DNA from: Polyangiaceae bacterium
Lineage (GTDB): Bacteria > Myxococcota_A > Polyangia > Polyangiales > Polyangiaceae
Assembly: GCA_044222475.1 (NCBI GenBank)
Contig: JBGANF010000069.1
Location: forward strand, 1-40,538
Length of the DNA stretch: 40,538 bases
Reading direction: 5' to 3'
The translations under genes and the position numbers were made by a program. The notes beneath the pieces are model-generated. The model was not told the DNA's origin and ran no database searches. It saw nothing but the letters and a program-made list of their open reading frames with translations. Each line of letters opens with the position of its first letter. Position 1 is the stretch's first letter. Positions 20,328 through 30,236 of this stretch are shown here, one piece after another.

Positions 20328-21702
20328 CCAGCGCCGCGTCTCGCTTGGCTTCGTGGGCGAGCTCCTCGGCCCAGGCATCGAGCCGTTGGGCGTCGGGGCC
20401 TTCGAGCATGATGCGGAGCTTCGGCTCGGTGCCGCTCCAGCGGACGAGCAGCCGGCCGTTCTGACCGAGCGCGCGCTCGACCTTGGCGCTGCGCGCGGCG
20501 AGGTGCTTCATCTCGTCGAGGGGCATGCGCGCGCTCAGCGTGACGTTGTGGAGCACCTGCGGAACGCGCTCCATCGCCGACTCCGCGAGCTGCGAGAGAG
20601 GTCGGTTCGCGCGCAGCATCAGCGCGAGGACTTGGAGCGCGGCCACGGTGCCGTCACCGGTGCTCGCGTGGTCGAGGAACACGAGGTGCCCCGATTGCTC
20701 GCCGCCGAGGTTGAAGCCGCCCTTGCGCATGGCGTCCACGACGTGACGGTCGCCGACCTGCGTTCGGACGAGCCGCAGACCGCTCCGCTCGAGCGCGCGC
20801 TCGAGACCGAGGTTCGACATCACCGTCGCCACGACCGTCTTCTTCTTCAGCGATCCGCCGGCGTGCATGTGCATCGCGCACATCGCCATGACCGCGTCGC
20901 CGTCGACGATCTGGCCTTTCTCGTCGACGACGATCAGTCGGTCAGCGTCGCCGTCGAGCGCGATCCCGATGTGGGCGCCGCGCTTGACGACCTCGGCGCG
21001 CACGTTGTCCGGGTGGAGCGCGCCGCAGTCCTTGTTGATGTTCACTCCGTTCGGCTTCACGCCGATCGCGTGGACGCTCGCCCCGAGCTCTTGAAAGACC
21101 ATCGGCGCGACGCGGTAGGCGGCTCCGTGAGCCGCGTCGATGACCATGCGAACACCGTCGAGCGTCAGATCTTGGGGGAACGTGTGCTTCGCGAAGACGA
21201 CGTAGCGTCCGCGAGCGTCCTCCTGCTTCTCCGCGCGTCCGATGCCGGGGCCGGTGGGAGGAGCGAAGTCGCCCTCACCGGCGACGATGCGCTCGATCTC
21301 GGCCTCGACGGCGTCGGGCAGCTTGAAGCCGTCGGCGCCGAAGATCTTGATCCCGTTGTCGTCGTAGGGGTTGTGCGAAGCGCTGATGACGATGCCGGCA
21401 TCGGCCCGTTGGCTCATCGTGAGGTGAGCGACTGCCGGGGTCGGGATCGGTCCGCACAGGATGACGCGCCCACCCATCGCAGTGATCCCGGAGGCGAGCG
21501 CTTGCTCGATCATGTAGCCGGAGAGCCGCGTGTCCTTTCCAATCAGGATTCGCGGCGCGTGCGCCTTGCCTCGACCGGCCACGTGAGCGATCGCTCGCCC
21601 GAGGGCGAGCACGATCTCCGGAGTCATCGGAGGTTCGTTTGCTTTTCCACGCACGCCGTCGGTGCCGAAGAGTCGCGGGACGGACTTCTCTTTCTTGGTC
21701 AT
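20278..21702 (-). CDS. glmM: Phosphoglucosamine mutase
   Basis: LFGTDGVRG, VISASHNPYDDNGIK, DGDADR, GGEQSGH, RWSGTEP. Confidence 0.97.
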   Translation of the reverse strand: MTKKEKSVPRLFGTDGVRGKANEPPMTPEIVLALGRAIAHVAGRGKAHAPRILIGKDTRLSGYMIEQALASGITAMGGRVILCGPIPTPAVAHLTMSQRADAGIVISASHNPYDDNGIKIFGADGFKLPDAVEAEIERIVAGEGDFAPPTGPGIGRAEKQEDARGRYVVFAKHTFPQDLTLDGVRMVIDAAHGAAYRVAPMVFQELGASVHAIGVKPNGVNINKDCGALHPDNVRAEVVKRGAHIGIALDGDADRLIVVDEKGQIVDGDAVMAMCAMHMHAGGSLKKKTVVATVMSNLGLERALERSGLRLVRTQVGDRHVVDAMRKGGFNLGGEQSGHLVFLDHASTGDGTVAALQVLALMLRANRPLSQLAESAMERVPQVLHNVTLSARMPLDEMKHLAARSAKVERALGQNGRLLVRWSGTEPKLRIMLEGPDAQRLDAWAEELAHEAKRDAALASGRDGGSARRSKTPR

Positions 21703-21706
21703 CTCT

Positions 21707-22192
21707 CTAGTCGCGGAAGTTGATGAACTGCGTTTCGAACGCGAGCCCCGCCGCGCGCACGAGCTGAATGACGGCCTGGAGGTCGTCTTTGTTCTTTCCG
21801 GAGACGCGCACTTGAGCGTCTTGCATGGCGGCTTGGACCTTGAGCTTCGAGTCCTTGATGCGGCGCACGAGCTCCTTCGCTTGCTCGCCCTCGATGCCTT
21901 CCTTGATCGTGACGAGGATCTTCGCGCCACCCTTGCCGGTGGGCTCGATCTCGCCCTCTTCGAAGAACTTGAGGCTCACCTTGCGCTTGACGAGCTTCTC
22001 CTTGAGGACGACCCACGCGGCCTTCACGCGGTCCTCGCTCGCCGACTTGATCAAGAGACCCTCGTCGGTCTTCTCGACCTCGGTGTCGGTGCCCTTGAAA
22101 TCGAAGCGCTGGGACAGCTCTTTCTGCGCCTGATTGAGGGCGTTGTCGACTTCGTTCCACTGCACCTTCGAGACGATGTCGAAGCTGGGCAT
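21707..22192 (-). CDS. yajQ: YajQ family nucleotide-binding protein
   Basis: MPSFDIVSKV...RFDFKG...KLKVQAAMQ...VRVSGK..DDLQ...QFINFRD. Confidence 0.96.
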   Translation of the reverse strand: MPSFDIVSKVQWNEVDNALNQAQKELSQRFDFKGTDTEVEKTDEGLLIKSASEDRVKAAWVVLKEKLVKRKVSLKFFEEGEIEPTGKGGAKILVTIKEGIEGEQAKELVRRIKDSKLKVQAAMQDAQVRVSGKNKDDLQAVIQLVRAAGLAFETQFINFRD

Positions 22193-22247
22193 CTGGGTTT
22201 CTCCGGGCCGTGGAGGGTAGCACCTCTCGGTCGTCCCGGTCTCTTCC

Positions 22248-22352
22248 ACGTGCCCGTGCCCGTGCCCGAAGAACGGCGCCCGCAGACTCGCGAGAGAAGG
22301 CGAAGAAGGGAGGCTTGTCAGCATCGTCGATCGGGCACGGGCACGGGCACGT
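22248..22352. repeat. Perfect 22-bp inverted repeat built from (GTGCCC)3/(GGGCAC)3, 61-bp spacer; REP/MITE-like
   Basis: ACGTGCCCGTGCCCGTGCCCGA (22248-22269) is the exact reverse complement of 22331-22352. Confidence 0.85.
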
Positions 22353-22373
22353 TCACGGGGAGAGGCGTGGCAG

Positions 22374-23594
22374 CTACAGAGCGATCGGAGGATCTCGCTT
22401 CGTACCCAGGACGTGCGCTCGCACTTCTCCGACCAGGAAGATCGACCCACACGCGACGACGAGTCCGTCGGGACCCGCGAGGCGCACGACTCGCTCGTAG
22501 CCGTCGATCACGCTCGCCGCGACATCGCCCGGATGCCTCGCCGCCAGGTCTTCGGGCGGAGTCGCCGCGCGACCTTTGGGTGCAACATACACGCGTTTTG
22601 CGGCTCGCGGCGCCAGCGCGTCGAGCATCTCGGTCCAGGCCTTGTCGGCGAGGGCACCGAAGAGGAGGACCGTCCTCGCCGGGTCCTCGCTCGCGAGGTA
22701 GGTCGCCAGCGCTTGGGCGCCGTCGGGGTTGTGCGCCGCGTCGAGGAGGAGGGGACCGCGCGCCGTCTCGAGCCGCTCGAGGCGGCCCGGCCATCGGACC
22801 TCGGCGAGGCCGGTCGCGACGTGCTCGGTCGCGATCCCGGCGCGTCGCGCGAGCGCGAAGGCGACCATCGCGTTGTCGCGCTGGTACGCACCGGCGAGCC
22901 CCAGCTTGCGCGGGTGCGAGAAGAACGCGACGCACTCCGCGTCGTCCTCGACGTGGACGACGCGTCCACCACGCGAACGCGCCTCGTCCTCGATGGCTGC
23001 GCGGACGGTCGGCGTCGCCGGGCCGACGACGAGGTCGACGCCAGGCTTCGCGATCGCCGCCTTCTCGCGCGCGATCTGCTCGAGCGTCGAGCCGAGCAGC
23101 GCCGTGTGGTCGAGCGCGATCCGCGTCACCGCGCACGCGCGCGCCGTCTCGATGACGTTCGTCGCGTCGAGGCGCCCGCCGAGACCCACCTCCAGCACAG
23201 CGAGGTCGACGTTGGCATCGGCGAGCGCGAGGAACGCGGCGAGGGTCGCCGTCTCGAAGAACGAGAGCTCGGGCCCGAGCGCGAGCGCGCGATCGAGGTG
23301 ACCATCGAGCGCCTCGTCGGCGATGGGCTCCCCGTCGACGCGAATGCGCTCGGTGAAGCGCCCGAGGTGCGGTGACGTGTAGAGCCCGGTGCGGAGACCT
23401 TGCGCCCGCGCCGCGCGCTCGACCATGGCCGACACGGAGCCTTTGCCGTTGGTCCCGGCGACGTGCACGGCGGCGAGCCGGCGCTCGGGGTGGCCGGCGC
23501 GGGCGCACGCTGCGCGCATCGGCTCGAGGCCGAAGCGCATGCCGAGTGGAGCGCGCTCGTAGAGCCGCGCAATCGGGGACGGACGTTCGGTCAC
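22374..23594 (-). CDS. folC: Bifunctional folylpolyglutamate synthase/dihydrofolate synthase
   Basis: HVAGTNGKGS, YTSPHL, LEVGLGGRLDATN, WPGRLE, LDAAHNP, GSIFLVGE. Confidence 0.97.
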   Translation of the reverse strand: MTERPSPIARLYERAPLGMRFGLEPMRAACARAGHPERRLAAVHVAGTNGKGSVSAMVERAARAQGLRTGLYTSPHLGRFTERIRVDGEPIADEALDGHLDRALALGPELSFFETATLAAFLALADANVDLAVLEVGLGGRLDATNVIETARACAVTRIALDHTALLGSTLEQIAREKAAIAKPGVDLVVGPATPTVRAAIEDEARSRGGRVVHVEDDAECVAFFSHPRKLGLAGAYQRDNAMVAFALARRAGIATEHVATGLAEVRWPGRLERLETARGPLLLDAAHNPDGAQALATYLASEDPARTVLLFGALADKAWTEMLDALAPRAAKRVYVAPKGRAATPPEDLAARHPGDVAASVIDGYERVVRLAGPDGLVVACGSIFLVGEVRAHVLGTKRDPPIAL

Positions 23595-24472
23595 GCTTGG
23601 GGGAGAGACGGAGTCGAGCTCGCGCCGTCGCGGGGGAGGAGCAGCATGCGGAGGAGCATCGCGAGCTCGTCCTTCATCGCGAGGCGCGACGTGATCCGAT
23701 CGACCATGCCGTGCGCGAGGAGGAACTCGCTCTTCTGGAAGCCTTCCGGGAGCGTCTGGCGGATCGTGTTCTCGATGACGCGCGGGCCGGCGAAGCCGAT
23801 GAGGGCGTCGGGCTCGGCGATGTTCACGTCACCGAGGAAGGCAAAGCTCGCCGCGACGCCGCCCGTCGTCGGGTGGAGGAGCACGCTGGCGAACGGGAGG
23901 CGCGCGGCGCGCAGGCGCTCGAGCGCGGCGACGGTCTTCGCCATCTGCATCAAGCTGAGGATGCCCTCCTGCATGCGCGCTCCGCCGGATGCTTGGAGGA
24001 GCACGACCGGAAGTCGGTCCTTGGTGGCGCGCTCGAAGAGGCGGGTGATCTTCTCGCCGACGACCGAGCCCATCGAGCCGCCCATGAACGCGAAGAGGAA
24101 CGCGCCGTAGGCGATCTCGACGCCGTTCATCGTCGCGCGACCGATCTCGATGGCCTCTTTCGCGCCCGAGCTGCGCTGCGCCGCGGCGACGCGGTCGACG
24201 TAGCTCTTGCCGTCGGAGAACTTGAGCGGATCGCCAGGGACGAGGTGCTCGTCCCAGGCGTCGAGCTCGCCCTCGTCGAGGAGGAGCGAGCGCCAGCCGG
24301 CCGCGTCGAGCTTGTGGTGCTTGCCGCACTCCGGGCAAACCTCGAAATTCGCGCGAAATGCCTCGGCGGTGAGGGTCACCCCGCAGCCGTCACACTTGCG
24401 GAATACACCTTTCCCGACGCTCTTCTTTTCGCTCGCGTCGGCGCTCGCGGGCTTGCGTACGGGCCAGGGCAC
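23591..24472 (-). CDS. accD: Acetyl-CoA carboxylase carboxyltransferase beta subunit
   Basis: C4 zinc finger (CDGC...CPEC), FMGGSMGSVVGEK, SGGARMQEG, PTTGGVAASF, GFAGPRVIE. Confidence 0.97.
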   Translation of the reverse strand: MPWPVRKPASADASEKKSVGKGVFRKCDGCGVTLTAEAFRANFEVCPECGKHHKLDAAGWRSLLLDEGELDAWDEHLVPGDPLKFSDGKSYVDRVAAAQRSSGAKEAIEIGRATMNGVEIAYGAFLFAFMGGSMGSVVGEKITRLFERATKDRLPVVLLQASGGARMQEGILSLMQMAKTVAALERLRAARLPFASVLLHPTTGGVAASFAFLGDVNIAEPDALIGFAGPRVIENTIRQTLPEGFQKSEFLLAHGMVDRITSRLAMKDELAMLLRMLLLPRDGASSTPSLPQA

Positions 24473-24519
24473 GTCGGTCGTTATAGCTGGGATCGAGCCC
24501 TTTTGGTATGCAGTGGGGC

Positions 24520-25269
24520 ATGCGAAAGCTAACCGTGGTCCTGGGTTCTCTCGTCCTCACCGCTTGCGTCGTCAACGTCCAGCGCGGGCGCGGACAGGCA
24601 GCGAACGATCCACAGCCGGCGAACACCGCCCCGGCGGCGACGCCGGTTTCCCCGCCTCCGGCGACCGCACCCCCGCCCGCGACGGCCGCGACGCCGACGC
24701 CGACGGCCACCGCGACCACGGCCACGCCGGCCACGACGGCGACCACCGCGACGCCGGCCCCGACGGCGACCGGCACCGCGGCGGGCAACGGGTCTGGGGC
24801 GGTCGTCGCTCCCGCGGTCGCGTTCGAGGAGCTCCTCGAGCCGCCGGCGAACGACGCCGAGGCCGATCAGAAGCTCGCGATCGCCGCCGGGCGCGCGGCG
24901 GCCCTCGCGCCGGGCGCGAACCTCGGCGTCTGGATCTGGTCCGACGCGAACGGGTGGCACGTCCGCACGACGACGAAGTCGCAGCAGCACCGCTTCCAGG
25001 GTGTCGTGATGGCCACGCGCGACGGAACCCTCACCGACGTGAAGCCGACCCGGCTCGAGTTCAACGATCGCCTGCGCGTTCGGAACGGCCGCGCGGCGGC
25101 GTGGGACTTCACGACCAACGGCCACGAGGATGGGTTCGACTTCAAGAGCGCGGGCGGGCAGTGCCTCCGCTTCTTCGTGAAGGTCGACGGCAAGCCGGAC
25201 CCCGGGAACGTGAACCTCGGGTCGGCCGGGACGCACCCGGCGAAGTGGCACTTCAAGTTGTGCCCCTGA
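24520..25269 (+). CDS. Hypothetical lipoprotein with Pro/Thr/Ala linker and C-terminal beta-rich domain
   Basis: MRKL...VLTAC lipobox; PAT-rich linker; GVWIWSDANGWHVRTTT...DFTTNGHEDGFDF. Confidence 0.75.
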   Translation: MRKLTVVLGSLVLTACVVNVQRGRGQAANDPQPANTAPAATPVSPPPATAPPPATAATPTPTATATTATPATTATTATPAPTATGTAAGNGSGAVVAPAVAFEELLEPPANDAEADQKLAIAAGRAAALAPGANLGVWIWSDANGWHVRTTTKSQQHRFQGVVMATRDGTLTDVKPTRLEFNDRLRVRNGRAAAWDFTTNGHEDGFDFKSAGGQCLRFFVKVDGKPDPGNVNLGSAGTHPAKWHFKLCP

Positions 25270-25804
25270 CTCGGAGCGTGAAGGCGGCTTGCGTGCCCTC
25301 TTGCCGGCTTGAGAGGTCATCGCTCGGGAGGGGGAGTGGGAGGGGGAGCGGGTGCTGACGCTCCTCGCAGGTGAGGAGAGCGACCAAATCCTGCGCGCGG
25401 CGATCGAAACGTTCGTCTCGGCGCGTCTGTGTGATGCCGGGATCTGGAAACACCCGCGAGAGTCGGACGGCATCGGCGCGTACCGCTTCGTCGAGCGAAC
25501 GGCGACACGCGCACGCATCGTCGGACGAATCTGGACCATCGCAGATCAGGTCGAACACCACTTCTGGCTCGACCTCGAGCGTGGCGAAGACGCGCTGGTG
25601 TGGTCGCTCCACTTCGAAGTCGATCCCGACGGACGGAGCGAACGCCGAATGCGCCACATGGTGGATGCCTTGGAGGACGGCGACCAAGTGAGGTGGCTCC
25701 ACGAAGCAAGGGGTCGGCTGCCCATTCCCGCTCCCCCTCCCGCTCCCGAGCGATGACGTCCCAGCTCGGCAGGAGGGCACGCAACTCGAAACGACTCCCG
25801 AGTC
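25268..25804. mobile_element. MITE-like cassette: ~64-bp imperfect terminal inverted repeats (25289-25352 / 25721-25784) enclosing one ORF
   Basis: Left arm TTGCGTGCCCTCTTGCCG...GTCATCGCTCGGGAGGGGGAGTGGGAG versus reverse complement of right arm TTGCGTGCCCTCCTGCCG...GTCATCGCTCGGGAGCGGGAGGGGGAG; degenerate extension out to GACTC (25268) and GAGTC (25800-25804). Confidence 0.6.
25352..25756 (+). CDS. Hypothetical protein (cargo inside the inverted repeats)
   Basis: 134-aa ORF with globular, Trp-rich composition; GGAG SD comes from the left repeat and the stop codon lies in the right repeat. Confidence 0.55.
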   Translation: MLTLLAGEESDQILRAAIETFVSARLCDAGIWKHPRESDGIGAYRFVERTATRARIVGRIWTIADQVEHHFWLDLERGEDALVWSLHFEVDPDGRSERRMRHMVDALEDGDQVRWLHEARGRLPIPAPPPAPER

Positions 25805-25809
25805 GCTAG

Positions 25810-26883
25810 CTAGCGCCCTCGCAGGGTCGCCGGTACCAAACTGGGATGCGGCGCCGCCGAGACCACCACTCGGTCGCGACCTTGCTGCTTCGCCAGGTAC
25901 ATCGACGCGTCCGCGCGGCGCTGGAAGAGCTCGGGCGCTTCCTGGAAATCCCAGGTCGCGACGCCGATGCTCACCGACTGACGGATGATCCCGCCGGGAC
26001 CGAGGTCGAACGGGACGTCTCCGACCGCGGCCCGGATGCGCTCCGCGGTGGCCTTCGCCTGCTCGATCTTGGTCGCCGGCATGACGAGGAGGAACTCCTC
26101 GCCTCCGCGGCGAATGAAGACGTCGATGCGGCGAACGCTGGCCCGGACGCGGTCGGCGAACATCCGAAGGACGGCGTCACCAATCTCGTGGCCGAAGCGA
26201 TCGTTGACGAGCTTGAAGTGGTCCAGGTCGAGCAACAGGATCGACAACGGCTGCTGGGTGCGGCGCGCTCGCTCCACCTCTTCCTGGAACCGGGGCGAGA
26301 GGTAGCGCTGGTTGTACGCGAGCGTCAGATCGTCGGTCATCGCGAGTCGGCGCAAGCGCGCGCGCTCGATCGGGGGAGTGGCGCAGTTCGCGAGGAGCCG
26401 CACGAGGAGCTGGTCGTCGGGGGTGAACTGCGCCGGCTTGGGCGCGGAGATCGAGATCACGCCGATCACCGCCCCGGCGGACCACAAGGGCTCGGCGATC
26501 ATCGAGCGGATCGAGAACCCTTGGCGCGCGTGGGACACGAAGCGCGAGTCGGTCGCGGCGTCGTCGATGAGCACGCCCTCCTTGAACTCGACGATCCAGC
26601 CGATGATCCCTTCGCCTCGGCGAAACGTGAGCGGCCGCTGATCGGCCCCGGCGCCCGAGCGCGCGCCGCTGAGCAGCTCGGTGTGCGACGCGTCGAGCAG
26701 GCGGATCGACGCGTGGTCGGCGGGGAGCAACTTCAAGACGGCGTCGGTGACGGCCGTCAGCGACTCTTCGAGCGGCCGATTGTCGGTGAGGCGCTGCGTG
26801 AGCTCGAGGAGCACGCGCAGCTGCTCGCGATGTTTCCGCGCGGCGGCGCGCGGCGGCGGAGGCTGCGGCTTCTCACGCGGCAT
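25810..26883 (-). CDS. GAF-sensor diguanylate cyclase
   Basis: GAF domain (GEGIIGW...SMIAEPL), TDDLT, DLDHFKLVNDRFGHEIGD, RxxD I-site (RRID) and GGEEF. Confidence 0.93.
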   Translation of the reverse strand: MPREKPQPPPPRAAARKHREQLRVLLELTQRLTDNRPLEESLTAVTDAVLKLLPADHASIRLLDASHTELLSGARSGAGADQRPLTFRRGEGIIGWIVEFKEGVLIDDAATDSRFVSHARQGFSIRSMIAEPLWSAGAVIGVISISAPKPAQFTPDDQLLVRLLANCATPPIERARLRRLAMTDDLTLAYNQRYLSPRFQEEVERARRTQQPLSILLLDLDHFKLVNDRFGHEIGDAVLRMFADRVRASVRRIDVFIRRGGEEFLLVMPATKIEQAKATAERIRAAVGDVPFDLGPGGIIRQSVSIGVATWDFQEAPELFQRRADASMYLAKQQGRDRVVVSAAPHPSLVPATLRGR

Positions 26884-26906
26884 GGGACGTCGAAGTATAT
26901 GCTAGT

Positions 26907-27473
26907 TTGAGCTGGGTGGAGCCGTACCGCACCCCACCGAGCGACGTGCCTCTTTGTCCCAGGTGTCGCACGCCGCTCGGCGTGACGGAGCGCGAATCGG
27001 AGGAGATGCTCGGGTGCGTGTCGTGCGGCGGATACTTCGTCCCGCTCGAGGTGCTCCATCGGTTGGTCGACGCCCATCGACCGGAGACGGCGCCGCCGCC
27101 CAGCGTGCGCGTGCCGGCGCCGGCCGGGGTCCACGTCGAGGCCCGCGTCGTGTACCTCCCGTGTCCGCGCTGCGGCAACTCGATGAACCGGGGGGTCTTC
27201 GGGCGAAAGTCCGGCGTCATCGTGGATACGTGTAGAATGCACGGAACCTGGTTCGACGCTCGCGAGCTCGAAGCGTGCGAGGCCTACGTCGAAGCCGGCG
27301 GGCTCGTGATCGCGGAGCGCCTTGCGCGCGAAGAGAAGGAGCGCATCGCCCGTGCGGCGCGAGTGACGGCGCAGACCGACCAGTTCGTCGTCAGCCGCCC
27401 GTACAGCTACCGCAACACGCCGTCGCGCGAAGAGGACTGGGACAAGCTCCTCGACGTTCTCATGAGGCTCTGA
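26907..27473 (+). CDS. Tandem zinc-ribbon (zf-TFIIB-like) protein
   Basis: CPRC...CVSCGG and CPRC...DTCRMHGTWFDAREL. Confidence 0.82.
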   Translation: MSWVEPYRTPPSDVPLCPRCRTPLGVTERESEEMLGCVSCGGYFVPLEVLHRLVDAHRPETAPPPSVRVPAPAGVHVEARVVYLPCPRCGNSMNRGVFGRKSGVIVDTCRMHGTWFDARELEACEAYVEAGGLVIAERLAREEKERIARAARVTAQTDQFVVSRPYSYRNTPSREEDWDKLLDVLMRL

Positions 27474-27679
27474 TGGAACAGCGATTCGTCGATCTCGAAC
27501 TCCGGTACATGAAGCTCGAGAAGCTCGTGGAGGAGCTCTCCGCGGTGGTCCACGCGCAGCAGAAGGCGCTTGATCTCACCACCGCGGAGGTGCGCCGCCT
27601 CGCCGAGCGCCTGAGGGACCTTGGCGAGGGGCGCGAGGACCATGGTCATCCGGGCGACGAGCGCCCGCCGCATTACTGA
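27473..27679 (+). CDS. slyX: SlyX family protein
   Basis: Coiled coil ending in ERPPHY; TGATG coupling. Confidence 0.9.
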   Translation: MEQRFVDLELRYMKLEKLVEELSAVVHAQQKALDLTTAEVRRLAERLRDLGEGREDHGHPGDERPPHY

Positions 27680-27686
27680 CGGGCGC

Positions 27687-28700
27687 CTATTTGCAGAGCG
27701 CCGGGTCGTCGACGACGCACTTGCCGCCGGAGCAGACGAGGAAGTCGGCGCACTTGTCGGTCGGAGCGCAGGCCTCGCCGTTCTTCTTCAGGGCGATGCA
27801 GGTCTGTTGATCGACGCCGGTCGTCTCGCACGAGAGGCCCGCGTCGCACGTGACCTGCGACGATCCGCACGACTCGCCCGCCTTCGCGACCTTCTTCGCG
27901 GTGCAGGTCTTCGTCCCGGTCGTGTCGCAGTAGAGGCCGGTCTTGCACTCGCTGCCGGTGCACGGCGCGCCGACGTCGAGTTTGTCGATGCACTTGCCGC
28001 CGGAGCACGCGAGGCCCACGTCGCATGCGACGGTGCAGGTTTCGCCCTTCTTCGGGAGCGGCGCGCAGGTGCCGGTCGCGTTCGGCGTGAGCGGCGCGTT
28101 GCAGAAGGTACCCGGCGTGCAGTTGTAGCCCTGCGGTCCGGTGAACGAGCACGCGCCGCCGTTCGGGATCACCGCGTCCTTGACGCAGAGGTTCTTCGTG
28201 CACTTGAGGTCGGGGCCGCACGAGAGGTTGTCGGGCGCGACGTTGCAGGCTTCGCCTTCCTTCGCGACCTTGGCGCAAGTGCCACAGCTCGGGCCGTTGC
28301 CGTTCGAGCTCGTCGTCTTGCAGCTGCCGCTCGCGCACTGCAGGCTGTCCCCGCACGCGCTTCCGTCGGCGAGCTTGCCCGGCGGCGGCTTGCACGCCGC
28401 GACGCCCGAGATGCCGGAGGTACACTGTGCTTGGCCGGAGACGGCCGAGGCACAGCTGCTGATGATGCCGGTAGTGAGGTTGGACCCCGGCGCGGCGATC
28501 GCCGCGTTGCAGAGCGCGACGAAGTCGGAGCGGGTCCCGGTGGGGGCGCTCCCGCCGCAGCGCTGCGCGTAGGCGGTGATCGAGTCGAAGTAGCTCCCGC
28601 AGGAGCCGTCCCCCGTGGTCGTGGTGTCGGTTCCACCGCACGCGACGGCGGCGACGAGTCCAGTGCTGATGGCGAACGTGACAAGGAAGTTTCGGTTCAT
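27687..28700 (-). CDS. Cys-rich repeat lipoprotein (Dickkopf-like repeats)
   Basis: Lipobox AVAC; repeated G(E/A)xC...C..GL.C....C units. Confidence 0.82.
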   Translation of the reverse strand: MNRNFLVTFAISTGLVAAVACGGTDTTTTGDGSCGSYFDSITAYAQRCGGSAPTGTRSDFVALCNAAIAAPGSNLTTGIISSCASAVSGQAQCTSGISGVAACKPPPGKLADGSACGDSLQCASGSCKTTSSNGNGPSCGTCAKVAKEGEACNVAPDNLSCGPDLKCTKNLCVKDAVIPNGGACSFTGPQGYNCTPGTFCNAPLTPNATGTCAPLPKKGETCTVACDVGLACSGGKCIDKLDVGAPCTGSECKTGLYCDTTGTKTCTAKKVAKAGESCGSSQVTCDAGLSCETTGVDQQTCIALKKNGEACAPTDKCADFLVCSGGKCVVDDPALCK

Positions 28701-28818
28701 GGTGCGGCGACCCACGCAATCCCCGAGCCAACCGAATCGTTCGAGAAAACTCGTCACCCTAGGGCGCTGCGTGAACTCGCGGCCACACGACACGGACACC
28801 CGAGTCGTGGTGGCGGAG

Positions 28819-29484
28819 TCACGCGACCGTCATCGTCGCCAGGTCGGATGCCACCTGCAGCGTCGGCTCGGTGCGCTCTTGCACCTCGCGCGCGCTGACG
28901 TTCGGCGCGACCTCGCGCAGGACGAGCCCGCTCTCGGTCACGTCGATCGTGGCGAGCTCGGTGATGATGCGGTGCACGACGCGCCGCCCGGTGAGCGGCA
29001 GGTTGCACTCCTTCAGGATCTTCGGCGCGCCGTCCTTGGCGGCGTGCTCCATGATCACGACGACGCGCTTCGCGCTTGCGACGAGATCCATCGCGCCGCC
29101 CATGCCCTTGACCATCTTGCCGGGGATCATCCAGTTCGCGAGGTCGCCGCGCTCCGAGACCTGCATCGCGCCGAGGATCGCGAGGTCGATGTGGCCGCCG
29201 CGGATCTGCGCGAAGCTCGCGGCGCTGTCGAAGATCGCCGAGCCGGGGAGCATCGTCACCGTCTCTTTGCCGGCGTTGATGAGGTCGGCGTCTTCGCGCC
29301 CCTCGACCGGGTAGGGACCGATACCGAGGAGACCGTTCTCGCTCTGGAGCACGACCTCGATCCCCTTCGGGATGTAGTTTGCAACCAACGTCGGCATGCC
29401 GATGCCGAGGTTGACGTAGTACCCGTCGCGCAGCTCTTGGGCGGCGCGGATCGCGATCTGGTCGCGGCTCAGTCCTTTGCTCAC
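28819..29484 (-). CDS. scoB: 3-oxoacid CoA-transferase subunit B
   Basis: [15 protein letters not shown] (catalytic Glu), [12 protein letters not shown] overlap with subunit A. Confidence 0.95.
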   Translation of the reverse strand: MSKGLSRDQIAIRAAQELRDGYYVNLGIGMPTLVANYIPKGIEVVLQSENGLLGIGPYPVEGREDADLINAGKETVTMLPGSAIFDSAASFAQIRGGHIDLAILGAMQVSERGDLANWMIPGKMVKGMGGAMDLVASAKRVVVIMEHAAKDGAPKILKECNLPLTGRRVVHRIITELATIDVTESGLVLREVAPNVSAREVQERTEPTLQVASDLATMTVA

Positions 29485-30236
29485 GACGCTTTCCTCACGG
29501 TTCGGCGCTCGATGCGCTTTTCGTATTTCGCGCCCACGACGACGCGGTGGACGAAGATGCCTGGAGTGTGGATCTGCGAGGGCTCGAGCGAGCCGACCTC
29601 GACGAGCTCTTCGACCTCGGCGATGGTCACCTTGCCGGCGGTCGCGCAGAGCGGGTTGAAGTTCATCGCGGTGTGCCGATAGACGAGGTTGCCGAAGCGG
29701 TCGGCCTTCCACGCCTTCACGATCGCGAAGTCGCCGGTGATCGCCGGCTCGAGGACGTAGAGGCGCCCGCCGAACTCGCGCGTCTCCTTCTTGTCGCTGT
29801 ATTTGGCGACGGCGCCGCCGCCCGGCGCGTAGCGCAGCGGAAGCCCGCCGTCGCTCACTGCGGTGCCGGCGCCCGTCGGCGTGAAGAACGCGGGGATGCC
29901 CGCGCCGCCGGCCCGAAGACGCTCGGCGAGCGTGCCTTGCGGGCAGAGCTCCACCTCGAGCTCGCCGGAGAGGTACTGGCGCTCGAACTCTTTGTTCTCG
30001 CCGACGTACGACGAGATCATCTTCACGATCTGTTTGTTCTTGAGGAGGATGCCCAGCCCGAAGTCGTCGACGCCGCAGTTGTTCGAGACGACGGTCAGCC
30101 CCTTGGTCCCGATCTCACGCAGGGCGGCGATGCACTGCTCGGGGATGCCGCACAGGCCGAACCCGCCGGCTAGGACCGTGGCTCCTTCGGGGATGTCCTG
30201 GCACGCTTCACGCGCGCTTGCTTTGACCTTGTTCAC
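29481..30236 (-). CDS. scoA: 3-oxoacid CoA-transferase subunit A
   Basis: [40 protein letters not shown]. Confidence 0.95.
   Translation of the reverse strand: MNKVKASAREACQDIPEGATVLAGGFGLCGIPEQCIAALREIGTKGLTVVSNNCGVDDFGLGILLKNKQIVKMISSYVGENKEFERQYLSGELEVELCPQGTLAERLRAGGAGIPAFFTPTGAGTAVSDGGLPLRYAPGGGAVAKYSDKKETREFGGRLYVLEPAITGDFAIVKAWKADRFGNLVYRHTAMNFNPLCATAGKVTIAEVEELVEVGSLEPSQIHTPGIFVHRVVVGAKYEKRIERRTVRKAS

Noticed and set aside
21707..26883. YajQ and diguanylate cyclase as a c-di-GMP module
   Set aside because: Separated by several unrelated genes; yajQ sits in a housekeeping run; no sequence evidence of coupling.
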